This document shows, piece after piece, positions 14,347-27,863 of a stretch of 64,000 nucleotides of DNA. Source of the stretch: Octopus vulgaris (lineage: Eukaryota); NCBI GenBank assembly GCA_951406725.2, contig OX597824.1, forward strand, positions 74,090,001 to 74,154,000, in the 5' to 3' direction. The notes beneath the pieces are model-generated. The model had not been told where the DNA came from. It saw only the letters and a list, made by a program, of their open reading frames with translations, and made no database searches. The translations under genes were made by a program, and so were the position numbers. Within the stretch, counting starts at the first letter, position 1, and the number at the start of each line of letters is the position of its first letter.

Positions 14347-14652
14347 TCATCATCATCATCATCATTGTTCGACTGTGGTCGAGACAATGGAATTTACCAT
14401 GCTACGCCAGACTTCACGGTCCATCATGGCATTACAGAGGTCCTGTTGCTGGATGCCTGTATCTCTGGAGATTACATCAGGGTAGGAGAGTGTGCGCCCT
14501 CTGGCATTGCGAGTAGATGGCTTCCAGAGGAGGAGAGTAGAAATTACCTCTTTTTCAGCTCTACAACAATGTCCAGCAAACTGGACTCTCCTACCTTTCA
14601 CAAGAGATGACACAGGTGGTAGTTTCCCATATATTTGCATTTTGGTTGGATG
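14347..14652 (-). mobile_element. 5'-truncated RTE LINE of the same family, nested in a SINE head
   Basis: Near-identical peptide to 57569-57916; (TGA)n tail; TSD GTCCCA. Confidence 0.92.
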
Positions 14653-15626
14653 GTCCCACTGTGTGGCACCTTGGACAAGTGTCTTCTATTATAGACTCGG
14701 GCTGGCCAAAGCCTTGTGAGTGGATTTGATAGATGGAAACTGAAAAAAGCCTGTCTCTATTATATTCACCTTTTGGTACCCTTAGAGCAGTAGTTCCAAA
14801 ACTTTTTCAGGCTGCTGCCCTCTTGGCATCCAGGCCACATTCCTAGCACCCCCACTTTATTCCTCCCCACCACAAATATAGACCACTTTCATACAAGATA
14901 TGCCCTAGTCAAGACAGATGGCAAAATGGGGATGGATACAAAGGCATGAACATCACAGAAACCTCTTTTTTGCCCTTCTGGCATTTGTCCCTCCTCTTTT
15001 CAGTTCTTTGTACATTAGTGCATCCAAAGTTCATCATGTACCTCCCCTCAAAGAAAGATCCACATACGCCTATGCATTCATATGTACACCCATTTATACT
15101 TAAAAGTACATACATACATACATTCATTTCATATATACACAGATGTGTATTGCGCAGACAGATATACATATAATTCATTCAGACAAATATACACACATAC
15201 CGACTTATATACATACACACATACAAATATACATTCATGCACACACACATACACATACATATTCATATCTACTTTCCTATCTACCAACCTACCAACTTAT
15301 TTACATACATACTTTCATACATACATACATACATACATACATACATACATACATACATACATACATACATACACTTAAGTACATTCATACAGGGCACATG
15401 GTAGTGACTAAACACACAAGATAGGCATTAGGCGTTAAATTTAAATATCAATGAAATGCCTTATCACTTATGAGACAAGATGCAAAAATATTTTGACAAC
15501 AAAAAATGTTTACTCATGTCTATATAAATGTGTGTGTGTGCATATGTGTGTGTATGTATGTAATGTATATAAATATATAAGTATATATATAATATATTTG
15601 CCGCCTAAAGTATATATATTTAAGTA

Positions 15627-15677
<51 letters not shown>

Positions 15678-15695
15678 TAAGTATACATATGTATG

Positions 15696-15730
<35 letters not shown>

Positions 15731-16334
15731 ATAGCCAAAAAGACCAAAACTGTATTTAATAGCAATTTTCGAAGGAAATGCAAAATAAAAACTTTTACCT
15801 TGTTATTTTTTTGCAGTTTGTCGTTTTGGCTGCTCCTTCTAGCGTGTAAAAATTACCTGTTAAAGGGTAGTTTTTTCTTGTGTTTAAATGTACACTATTT
15901 CATATTAAGTATATATATATATATATATACCGGAGTAAACACATAAATGTGAAACAAGGTGGAAAAAAGAGTACTCAAATACCAGTGGTAGAGTAATATA
16001 TATATATATAGCATATATGCATATATGTATGTGTATATATGCATGCATATGTATATGTATATATAAGCATGTATGTATATGTATATGATATGTGTATGTT
16101 CATATATATATATGTACCTAAACATGGTAGATATACCTTTATTTATACACATACCTGCATACACACACACATATACGCATGGGCATGTACATTTATATTC
16201 ATTATTACTATTTTATACTCACATGAAATAGAATCATCATCATTTAATGTCTGCTGTCTATACTGGCATGAGTAGGACAGTTTGACAGGATCCAGCAAGT
16301 TGGGAGACTGCACCATGCTGCACTGTTTGTGTTG

Positions 16335-16748
16335 GCATAGCTGGCAGAATCGTTAGCATGCCGGGCGAAATGCTTTGCAATATTTCGTCTGCCATTACGT
16401 TCTGAGTTCAAATTCCGCCAAGGTTGACTTTGCCTTTCATCCTTTCGGGGTCGATTAAATAAGTACCAGTTATACACTGGTGTCGATATAATCGACTTAA
16501 TCCGTTCGTCTATCCTTGTTTGTCCTCTCTGCATTTAGCTCCTTGTGGGTAGTAAAGAAATAGGTATTCCGTCTGCCGCTACGTTCTGAGTTCAAATTCC
16601 GCCAAGGTTGACTTTGCCTTTCATCCTTTCGGGGTCGATTAAATAAGTACTAGTTACGCACTGGGGTCGATATAATCGACTTAATCCATTCGTCTGTCCT
16701 TGTTTGTCCTCTCTGCATTTAGCCCCTTGTGGGTAGTAAAGAAATAGG
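16335..16748 (+). mobile_element. Family B SINE, dimer
   Basis: Head agctggcagaatcgttagc plus two ~183-bp units. Confidence 0.88.
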
Positions 16749-17121
16749 TTTCTACAGCTGAATGCCCTTCCTAACACCAGCCACTTTACAGAGTGTACAG
16801 GATGCTTTTCTCATGACACTGGTATTTGTGAGGTTGCCAAATAACTTTGGATCATAGTAGAAGGGAGGTGGCTTTATGCCAGGTGTTGAGAGATTAAAGC
16901 AGACTAGATGGATAAGAACAGGTGTCTTGTAGAGGAAATAAAGGCTAAGCCACATTATCTAAAGGTGGGTGAAAGTAACAGGAACCAAAGATAAAGATGG
17001 TAGTGAAATGATATCGGGTTATACTTACAGCCAAGGAGGCTGTATCTGTGTTGTTGCTCGACCTGCCAGGAATAGCAGTCAAATTCCATCGAATCATACT
17101 CAGCCATCTTGAAAAAGAAAG

Positions 17122-17272
17122 GGCTGTGTGTTAAGTAGCTTGCTTACCAACCACATGGTTCCGGGTTCAGTCCCACTGCGTGGCACCTTGGGCAAGTGTC
17201 TTCTACTATAGCCTTGCGCCGACCAAAGCCTTGTGAGTGGATTTGGTAGACAGAAACTGAAAGAAGCACGTC

Positions 17273-17322
<50 letters not shown>

Positions 17323-17618
17323 GAGGCGCAATGGCCCAGTGGTTAGGGCAGCGGACTCGCGGTCGTAGGATCGAGGTTTCGATTCCCAGACCGGGCGTTG
17401 TGAGTGTTTATTGAGCGAAAACACCTAAAAGCTCCATGAGGCTCTTTCAGGGGGTGGTGATCCCTGCTGTACTCTTTCACCACTCTTTCTCCCACTCTTT
17501 CTTCTGTTGGCCTGCTCGCTTAGCCAGCGGGATGGCGTCATTCGAAGGCTAAAACAATGCGAACGCATTGTGACCAGCGATGTGTAACAACATCTGATGG
17601 TCTAGTCGGTCACATGAT

Positions 17619-17666
<48 letters not shown>

Positions 17667-17895
17667 GTATATGTGCGTATATGTTTGTGTGTGTGTGTTT
17701 GTCCCCCCAACATCGCTTGACAACCGATGCTGGTGTGTTTACGTCCCCGTAATTTAGCGGTTCGGTAAAAGAGACCGATAGAAAAAAGTACTAGGCTTAC
17801 AAAAAATAAGTCCTGGGGTCGATTTGCTCGACTAAAGGTGGTGCTCCAGCATGGCCACAGTCAAATGACTGCAACAAGTAAAAGAGTAAAAAGAA
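17122..17895 (+). mobile_element. Family A SINE with a family D SINE nested in its internal (TA)n
   Basis: Head and tail of family A separated by 17320-17625. Confidence 0.85.
17320..17625 (+). mobile_element. tRNA-derived SINE (family D), CpG-rich and probably young
   Basis: ggaggcgcaatggcccagtggttagggcagcggactcgc...ggtttcgattccc tRNA-like head; related copies at ~6725-7055, 20395-20610, 26363-26645(-), 32279-32420, 43060-43200, 47826-48030, 57235-58035. Confidence 0.85.
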
Positions 17896-18690
17896 AAAGA
17901 GATGCCAAAAAAAAAATGTATGGGCGTGACTGTGATAGGAAACTTGCTTCTCAACCACATGGTTCAGGGTACAGTCCCACTTCAATTGGGCAAGTGTTTT
18001 CTACAATAGCCTTGGGCCAACCAAAACTTTGTGAGTGAATTTCACTGGTGGAGGCTGATAGAAGCTTGTCGTACATTTATGTGCATAGTGGGGAGAGTGC
18101 ACGCACATGAGCGTGTGTGTGACAAAGACGCACACACTCACACCACTTGATAATTAGTGGTGTGTTTACATCTTCATAACTTAGCAGTTCAGCAAAAGAC
18201 ACCAACAGAATAAGTACCAGGCTTTGAAAAAGAAGTACTGGAATCAAAATACATTCAACTAAACACTTTTTCAAGGCAGTGCTCCAGCATGGCTGCCATC
18301 AAATGACTGAAACAAGTAAAGGAGTAAAGGAGTAAAAAAGAAAATGAACCATTCTTAAAACAACCTTTGATCATAAGTTTTCTCAATCAGACCCTACAAA
18401 GACTATTTTATTCTTTTATTCTTTTATTTGTTTCAGTCATTTGACGGTGGCCATACTGGAGCATCACCTTTAGTCAAACAAATCTTTGTAAGCCTTGTAT
18501 GATAGGTGAACCATGATAGATGAACCACGATAGGTGAACCGTGATATGGCGAGAGATTACTGTATACATACACAGGTGCATATAAATCCGGGGCAACAAA
18601 TGTCTTATGTCATTGACCCCATCATGGAATTGTTAATAATTTATTGGCCTCCCCCATCATATAAACTTCTAAAATAAATTAAAAAACATA

Positions 18691-18880
18691 AGTGGCTGTG
18701 TGGTAAGTAGCTTGCTTACCAACCACATGGTTCCGGGTTCAGTCCCACTGCATGGCACCTTGGGCAAGTGTCTTCTACGATAGCCTCGGGCCAACCAATG
18801 CCTTGTGAGTGGATTTGGTAGAGGGAAACTGAAAGAAGCCCGTCGTGTATATGGATATATGGTATATATATATATATATG

Positions 18881-18939
<59 letters not shown>

Positions 18940-19159
18940 CGTGTATGTTTGTGTGTCTGTGTTTGTCCCCCAAGCATTGCTTGACAACCAATGCTGGTGT
19001 GTTTATGTCTCCATAACTTAGCGGTTCGGCAAAAGAGACCGATAGAATAAGTACTGGGCTTACAAAGAATAAGTCCCAGGGTCAATTTGCTCGACTGAAG
19101 GCGGTGCTCCAGCATGGCCGCAGTCAAATGACTGAAACAAGTAAAAGAGTAAAAGAGTA
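18691..19159 (+). mobile_element. tRNA-derived CORE-type SINE (family A), near full length
   Basis: Head gtggctgtgtggtaag...ggttcagtccc (A/B boxes), CORE-like accttgggcaagtg, internal TA/TG microsatellite, (gtaaaaga)n tail; resembles octopus OK/OR SINEs. Confidence 0.9.
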
Positions 19160-19704
19160 CTTAATTTGAAAACAATTCATTCCTTTGTTCTATTGTGTCA
19201 TTACCTCTTTTTAATAAGAAATGATTTTTAAAAATATAATGAAAATACTTAATGATATCGATAAAAATTCAGTCAAATATCGATATACCTTTAACCTTTT
19301 ACCTTTTTCTTATTTTAATCATGTGACCATGCTAGAGCACCATCTTTTTATTTTTATTTGAATAAATCGACCGCAGGACTTATTTGTTTCTATTTTTCTT
19401 TAAGTCTAGTACTTATTCCATCAGTATCTTTTGCTGAACTGCTAAGATATAGTTGAAAAATTTAATGTGAATTATGTGCTTCATGAATACTAGTTATTGT
19501 GACTATATTTGGTTGGAAATTAATGAGTTTTAACCTGAAAGTAGCACACACTTCTTGTTTCAGTTTGCTAATAATTCAGTACCCTTAACACTCCAGATCA
19601 GGGGTGAGAAAGCTCCCGCCCTCAGACACAGTTGCGTCTGTGAACACATTTTATTGCACCTGCAGGCCAATATACTTGTATATACAAAATATAATAAATT
19701 TTTC

Positions 19705-20051
19705 CTAACTACTCCCACATTTTGCGGTGCAGTTTAACCAAAACCAGGTATCTTATAGTCGTGATTCATATCGAGCCCTTCTGGGTATTAGCGCGCGTCT
19801 ACGATGAGTCTACGATTTTAAAAAAAATTTACCATCATTTTTTTCCATTTTAATGCATTTTTCGCTATTATATAAGGGAAGTAACTCTCTAAAAATGTCT
19901 ACGATGAGTCAACGATTTAAAAAAAAATTTACCATCATTTTTTTTTCCATTTTTAATGCATTTTTTTGCTATTTTTTGGCTATAACTCTCTAAAAATGCT
20001 TATATAGTTATTTCCCTTACAAACCCGAGCAACACCGGGCGATACTGCTAG
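19705..20051 (+). mobile_element. Helitron 3' fragment with a different body
   Basis: Ends cccgagcaacaccgggcgatactgCTAG|T; internal ~100-bp tandem duplication; flanked by 22-bp direct repeats. Confidence 0.75.
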
Positions 20052-21133
20052 TACAAAATATAATAAATTTTTCAACAACAAAATTTATACAATATTCATA
20101 TGCCTACTTGTGACATAGGTCACATTTCCACTATGACTTAAAACGATTAGACTCGAACAGAAATCATCCGATAATTGCCATTTGAATAGAAATTTTGTTT
20201 TCACTTTATAACACATATTGCTAGGTTTGTACCATCCACTTGAGACCCAACTACACTCAAGCTAAAAAATATAGAATACCACATAAGAAATATAAACATC
20301 CTAAATTCAGTGGTAGCATTAATGAAGATGTTCCGCATTAATTTACTGTGTTAAACTTATCTTTATTAATGTATATCAAATTATACACAGATATATACTC
20401 ATGATCGTAAGGTTGTGGTTTCGATGCCTGGATTGGGCAATGCGTTGTGTTCTTGAGCAAAACACTTCATTTCACCTTGCTCCAGTCCACTCAGCTGGTA
20501 AATATGAGTAATCCTGCGACGGACTGGTGTCCCGTCCAGGTGGGGAATTTCTATGCCACTGAAACTGGGAAACCGGCCCTTATGAGCCTGGCGTGGCTCG
20601 AGAAGGAACATATACAAGATTTACACAGATATAAGAGATGGAACTTGTGGTCTGCCCGTGGACCTTTTTCAATGGAAATTTTTACCCATCACGCTAAAAA
20701 GTTTCCCCACCCCTGCTCTAGATCATTTTAGGTGTTTGTTGACCTCATGGATAGCCACACAGAAACTACAAAGTTCCATCTATTTACAAACACATATACA
20801 TGTAGCTTTGAGTTCAAATCTTGCTGAGGACAATTTTATCCTTCGTCCTTGAGAAGGCAATAAAATTCAATACCAATTAAGGGTTGTTGGTTGGGAAGTT
20901 CTTAGAATATTAGGCAAGATGTCTTGTAGTATCTGTTCCAGAATTTTGTGGTAGGAGGTGAAGACATTGCAGTATCTTTATGTATGTTTAAGTATGTTTC
21001 CAAACCATGTGATTTTGGGTTCAATCCTACTTCATAGCACCTTGGGAAAATGCCTTTTGCTATAGCTCTAGGCCAACCTTGCAAGCCTTGCAAGTGGATT
21101 TGGTAGACAGAAACTAGAAGTTGCCCATCATAT

Positions 21134-21167
<34 letters not shown>

Positions 21168-21379
21168 ATGTGCAGGTGTATGTATGCATGTGTATAAGTG
21201 TTTGTGTCCCCTTGTCTTGACATCACACAGAAACTGTAAATGAGTGTCACCATCATATAAGCAGTGTTGTTTATTTCAGTTTGATATTCAGAGCACTGGA
21301 TAGAAATTGCATCATATCTGTGTGGTTCGGCCAGCAAGGCAATGCTCTGTTTTAATTAAACACTCAGATTCTCCTAGTT

Positions 21380-22679
21380 TGATGGTCACCAAACTCTTTT
21401 CACAGCAGGCCAGATAACTGAGAGAATCACGAGCATGGGCCACATAACCATTTTGTTCAATAGAATACAGTGAATACACAAAAAAATAAAGACAACCAAC
21501 ATATTTATTTACCAAAAAGTTATCAAAGAAAACAACATTTATTTCTTTATTGCCTACAAGGGGCTAAAGATAGAGGGAACAAACAAGGACAGACAAAGGG
21601 ATTAAATCGATCGCATCGACCCCAGTGCATAACTGGTATTTAATTTATCGACCCCGAAAGGATGAAAGGCAAAGTCGACCTTGGTGGAATTTGCACTCAG
21701 AATGTAACAGCAGACGAAATACCTATTTCTTTACAACCCACAAGGGGCTAAACACAAAGGGGACAAACAAGGACAGACAAACGGATTAAGTCGATTACAT
21801 CGACCCAGAGCATGACTGGTACTTATTTAATCAATCCCGAAAGGATGACTGGCGAAGTCGACCTCGGCGGAATTTGAACTCAGAATGTAACGGCAGACGA
21901 AATACCGCTAAGCATTTCGTCCTGCATGCTAACGTTTCTGCCGGCTTGCCGCTTTCAAAGAAAACAACATTAGCAATAAGCTAGTTATATTACACCCAGT
22001 TCACATATATCCGAATCTCACAAACTAAGCAGCAAAAATGTTTAGTGAGATTTGTGAAACTGGTGTTTAACTTTTAACATATCATCAATATTTGCTTTGG
22101 AATTGCTGCATCCAACCAAGAGAATTGCTTTCAAATGTTCATCAGTCAATCTCATTCGATGTGCTGACTTCACATACTTCATCATCATCATCATCATTGT
22201 TTAATGTCCGTTTTCCATGCTAGCATGGGTTGGACGGTTCGACCAGGGAAGCCAGGAGGCTGCACCAGGCTCCAGTCTGATCTGGTAGTGTTTCTACAGC
22301 TGGATGCCCTTCCTAACACCAACCACTCCGTGAGTGTAGTGGGTGCTTTTTACGTGCCGCCAGGGGAGGCTGGCAACAGCCACAATCGGTTGGTGCTTTT
22401 TATGTGCCACCAGCATGGAAGCCAGTCAAGGCAGTGCTGGCATCGGCCACATTCAGATGGTGCTTTTTACGTGCCACCGGCACAGGTATCACAACTACAA
22501 TTTCCATTTGATTTTTTAATGTTGATGTACTTGACTCTATTTTTGAAAATGTTTGCTCACAGACATAAGTTGTTCCAAACACTGACACCATATCAGAGGC
22601 AAATGCAGGTACTTACACAAAAGGTTCAGAGCGGCGGCAGGCCAGATATGGCTCATGGGCCATATTTTGGTGATCACTG
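21380..22679 (-). mobile_element. Non-autonomous hAT (Buster/SPIN-like) element split by two retroelement insertions
   Basis: Ends tgatggtcaccaaa / tttggtgatcactg; degenerate 8-bp TSD tccTAgtt / cacTAgtc; transposase C-terminus VSVFGTTYVCEQTFSK | MKYVKSAHRMRLTDEHLKAILL...QFHKSH*. Confidence 0.85.
21540..21954 (-). mobile_element. Family B SINE, dimer, inside the hAT element
   Basis: 17-bp TSD TCAAAGAAAACAACATT. Confidence 0.9.
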
Positions 22680-24173
22680 CACTAGTCCATACAAGTTCTG
22701 AGCCCAAATTCAGAAGAATTATTATTGTTGCTGTTGTTATTGTTAAGGTGGTAACCTGGCAGAATTGGAACTTTCTTCCAGCTCTTTATGCTTCACATCA
22801 GTAATAATGTGTCTGTTTACGGAGAAATATTACTTTGCATGGGAACAGGTGAATATTGGCAACAGGTAAAGCATCCTGCCATAGAAAATCTGCCTCAACA
22901 AATTTTGTCTGAGAGATGCTGGAATAGAAAATTGAACATTAAAACAATAATGCTGATGAGGATGATGGTGATATATGCTTATATCTCACTCTCATCATCA
23001 TCACCATATTTTATATGCGTGTGTGTGTATGTGTGTGTGTATGTACATACATAAATATATTTACATATATATATGGTTTGATTCCCATATAATATCTGAT
23101 TTTGATTTATAGATATATAACATGATTTAAGTACTTTTGATATGATTTGTGGATGTTACATGTTACCTAGGTGTGAGGTCACTAAGTAAGTTGCAGGACA
23201 GGATTCCTCAATTGGGGAGGTCTGGTGTTGAGGGACGGAGGGGGTGTCTTGCATTGGAAGAGACACATGGTTCCCCCCGGATGGAGAGGAGAGGAGAGAA
23301 AGAGGGTGATGACAGAAGGAGGAGACACACAGATGCTCGTACTGTATATTTATATAAATGTGGTTTAAGTGTATATAGCATGTAAAAAACACCATTCGAG
23401 CGTGATCGTTACCTGCGTTGCCTTACTGGCACTTGTGCTGGTGGCACATGAAAAAACATTTGAGCGAGGTCGTTGCCAGTGCCACTGGACTGGCTCCTGT
23501 GCAGGTGGCACATAAAAAGCACCATTTGAGCATGGCCGTTGCCAGTACCGCCTGACTGGCCCTCGTGCCGATGGCACATAAAAAGCACCCACTACACTCT
23601 CGGAGTGGTTGGCGTTAGGAAGGGCATCCAGCTGTAGAAACTCTGCCAGATCAAGATTGGAGTCTGGTGCAGCCATCACGTTCACCAGTCTTCAGTCAAA
23701 TCGTCCAACCCATGCTAGCATGGAAAGCGGACGTTAAACAATGATGATGATGATGATGATGATATATATATATACACACACACACATGTATACATACATA
23801 CACACACACATACATACAGAGATCGAGATAGAGTCTGGAAGGTAGATGAATTCCAAACTGAGACTCTCAGCTGATCAATTAGACGCCACTCCATTCTGAG
23901 AGATAGTCATTACGTGACATGCTGGATTTTTCCACTTGAAACACAAACAACATTCTCTCTACGAGTTCTATATTGAGAGTATTTTCTTATTTGTTTGCAC
24001 AAGCTTTGCTGCTACTGCTGCTACTACTACTACTACTACTACTACTACCACTACTATACTACAACCATGACTACTATTCCACATACACACACCAAGAGAC
24101 TCATTATGCATACACATGCAAGCATATATATATATAGACATACACATGTACATGTATTATTTACACATACTCT

Positions 24174-24219
<46 letters not shown>

Positions 24220-24348
24220 CATACACAGAAATATATATACAGCCCACCCATTCACTCTCATTTGATATATATATATACATATATATATACATATATGTAT
24301 ATATATATATACATATATATATACATATATGTATATATATATATATAC

Positions 24349-24399
<51 letters not shown>

Positions 24400-24536
24400 C
24401 AGATGCATTCACATATGTACATATATATAGATATACATATATACTTATGTAGATATGCATACATATATATGTATATATATATATATACGCGCGTGCACAC
24501 ACACATGCATGCACACACACACACACACACACATAT

Positions 24537-24572
<36 letters not shown>

Positions 24573-25297
24573 GCGCACACACACATTCATCAGAACGAAT
24601 TAAACAACTTAATGGGGTATGAGCCATATCAGGAAGAACTATCTCAGATAACCTACTTCTTTAAGCTTTTAAGAATGCATTTTTTTTTCATCAAAAAATT
24701 ATTTTATATTTATTAATAATTTTTTAAATTTTAATTTCATTTTACTTTTTCTTTATTTTTATTTTCTCGTTATTTCATTTAGTTTTATTTTATTATTTTA
24801 AGTGCGCAAATTGTTTATATTTCTTTCCTTTATTTTTTTCTTCATTCAGCATATATACAAACTTAGCATTTTAAATGTTTGTTATTACCAATGTTGCATC
24901 TCCTGAAGAATTATTCTTGGGGTTTGTTTGTATCACATTCTTAATGGATAATGTCAGCTAAATTACCTTCAATAATTTCCTTTCAATTTTAATTAGATAA
25001 AAATTAGGTAAAATTAGATAAAATTAGATAAAATTAGATAAAATTAAGTAGAATTTTTTTTTCTTTTCAGATCTTAAAAAAAATTTTGAAAGAAAAAAAC
25101 TGGAATTAAAACTTTTTTTTTTGTAAATTTCTTAGCCAAAATAAAAGGAAGTAATGCCTACAAGCTTCAAAATACCCTAGAACATTGGTAAGGATGATGG
25201 GAGGGTGCTGTCTAGTTTGAACATCAGTAGGTCAATGAGTAGTAGAGACATTGTTGCCAGCAAGAGAAGGTGATCCCATAAAGTTGTAGTTCTAAAT

Positions 25298-25560
25298 CAG
25301 TGGTTCCCAAAGTGGGCGGTATTGCCTCTCCTTGGGGGCAGTGGAAAGTTCCATTGAAGAAAAGTGGAGCAATAATGGGGGAGCGATTCATGTAAAAACA
25401 ACAAAATAATGGTTTCATTAGGTTTTATTTGTGAAATACAGTTGCTTTGAATTTGCTTCAGCAAGAGATCTAGGTTTGTGATGGTTAGTTGGGGTGGGGT
25501 AGCTAGGAATGTGGCCTGAGTGTCAAGGGGTGGGAGCTCGAAAAAGTTTGGGAACCCCAG
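25298..25560. mobile_element. hAT (Charlie/Buster-type) MITE
   Basis: TIR cagtggttcccaaa / tttgggaaccccag; perfect 8-bp TSD TTCTAAAT. Confidence 0.9.
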
Positions 25561-25732
25561 TTCTAAATGAAAGTACATGGTTCAGTGGTTACAGTGTTCA
25601 GCTCATGGACATGTGGTCTTGAGTTCAATTCAAACTGAGACACTCTGTGTGTATACAGGGAGTATCACAGTCGGTCAGAGTGATAGGGTGTCAGATACTC
25701 CATATCCATATGGTGCACACCATACTCCTCTA

Positions 25733-26136
25733 TACTCTTTTACTCTTTTACTTATTTCAGTCATTTGACTGTGGCCATGCTGGAGCACCACCTTTAGTCG
25801 AGCAAATCGACCCCAGGACATATTCTCTGTAAGCCTAGTACTTATTCTATTAGTCTCTTTTGCCAGACCACTAAGCTACAGGGATGTAAACACACCAGCA
25901 CTAGTTGTCAAGCGATGTTGGAGAGACAAACACAGATACACAACATATACACACACATACATATATACATACGACAGGCTTCTTTCAGTTTTCGTCTATC
26001 AAATCCACTCACAAGGCTTTGGTCAGCCCGAGGCTATAGTAGAAGATACTTGCTCAAGGTGTCACGCAGTGGGACTGAACCTGGAGCCATGTGGTTGGTA
26101 AGCAAGCTACTTACCACACAGCCACTCCTACGCCTA
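25733..26136 (-). mobile_element. Family A SINE (duplicate at ~35367-35770)
   Basis: Full head, body and tail. Confidence 0.88.
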
Positions 26137-27439
26137 TTTTCTACTTTTTACACTTTATTTGTTTCAGGCATTTGACTGCGGCCATGCTGGGGCACTGTCT
26201 TGAAGAATTTTTAGTTGAATGAATCAGTCCCAATACGTAATTTTTTTAAAGCCTGGTACTTATTCTATCAGTCTCTCTAGCCAAACTGCTACATTATAGG
26301 GATGTAAACACACAAGTACTGATAGTGTGGCACAAATACAGACACAAAAACACACATACATATGTTGAGAGCCCCTTCGGTTATGACTGACCATGGGATT
26401 GCACCTAGAAAGTTACCCTCCCAGGCACAAGTCCAGGCAAGGTTGTTTATGGAAGACCAGCAGTTGCACATGCATACCAGCCTCCCCTCTCCACACCACC
26501 GATGTTATCCAAGGGAAAGGCAAATGCCGATACAGCTTGGCACCTGTGACGTTGTGACTCATTTCTACAGCTGAGTGAACTGGAGCTACGTGAAATAATG
26601 TGTCTTGCTCAAGAACACAACACGTAGCCAGGTCCAGGATTTGAATACAATATATTAAGCCATAGTATCTTAGATAAAAATATCCCTGTAAGAGGTCTAA
26701 ATATCCTCATAGTGACTATATATATTTATATGACAGTTTTGTTTTCAGTTTTTGTAGACCAAATCCACTCACAAGGCCTTAGGCTTTGGTTGGCCTGATT
26801 CTATAGTAGAAGACACTTGCCCAAGGTACCACACAACCATGCCTGCACTATGGACATAGACCCACTCAATACATAAGTCCCTCTCTTCCTCTCTCGAGAA
26901 AGGTACTTCATTTCACATTGCCCAGGCTACTCAGATGTAAACGAGTGCTGACTGAGTGCTGGAGCAGCTCTCTCTCCCTCACTCTCTTCCTCTCTAGCTG
27001 TCATCTCCTGGGCGTATAACTGGACCAAATGGTGAGAAAGCCATGAGGATCTCTATGTCTGCTTGCAACCATACGGAAACCTAAAACAATTAGCAAAAGC
27101 TGTATTTGTTTATGATTGAGGGTCGGCAGTGAACTTCTGCAGAAAGAAGGTTTGGATGGAGTGTTTTTGAGCATAATACTGGGAGTGAGATATAAAATGG
27201 GGTGATAGGAGGGCAGAAGAGAGAGATTTATGTATTGAGTGGATCTATGTCCATTGAGCAGGTGTATTTGTGTGGTAGAAAGCTTGCTTCCCAATCACAT
27301 GGTTCTGAGTTCAGTCCTACATGTGGTACCTCGGGTAAGTGTCTTCTACTATAAAATCAGGCCAACCACATCCTTGTGAGTGGATTTGGTAGAGAAAAAC
27401 TGAAAGAAAGCTGTCATGTATATATATATGCATACATAC

Positions 27440-27509
<70 letters not shown>

Positions 27510-27526
27510 ATGTATGTATGTATGTA

Positions 27527-27582
<56 letters not shown>

Positions 27583-27586
<4 letters not shown>

Positions 27587-27770
27587 ACCACGTGTGTATT
27601 GTTGGCGATCTTTTTCCTCTGTCTTCCCTTCCTTGGATCTTTCCTTTCCCTATGTTTCTGATGAAGAGCTCCGCTCGAAACGTTAAATCCTCCTTCTTTC
27701 TTTCCTTTCCAATAATTCTATCCTTGTTCCATGTCCTCGTGTTGTTGTGTTTTCATGTCTGGATTAACTT

Positions 27771-27772
<2 letters not shown>
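27583..27772 (+). mobile_element. Penelope-like terminal-repeat remnant with hammerhead core
   Basis: Block between (TA)n and (CA)n containing CTGATGA-A-GAGC-tcc-GCTC-GAAACGTT; duplicate at ~37299-37488. Confidence 0.6.
27655..27688 (+). ncRNA. Minimal hammerhead ribozyme motif
   Basis: CUGAUGA 27658-64, extra A, stem II GAGC/GCUC, GAAA 27677-80, ACGU palindrome, GUU site, short uuu/aaa stem I. Confidence 0.55.

Positions 27773-27863
<91 letters not shown>

Noticed and set aside
17320-17395. tRNA gene
   Set aside because: tRNA-like head continues into a SINE body found in several copies; no proper acceptor stem or terminator
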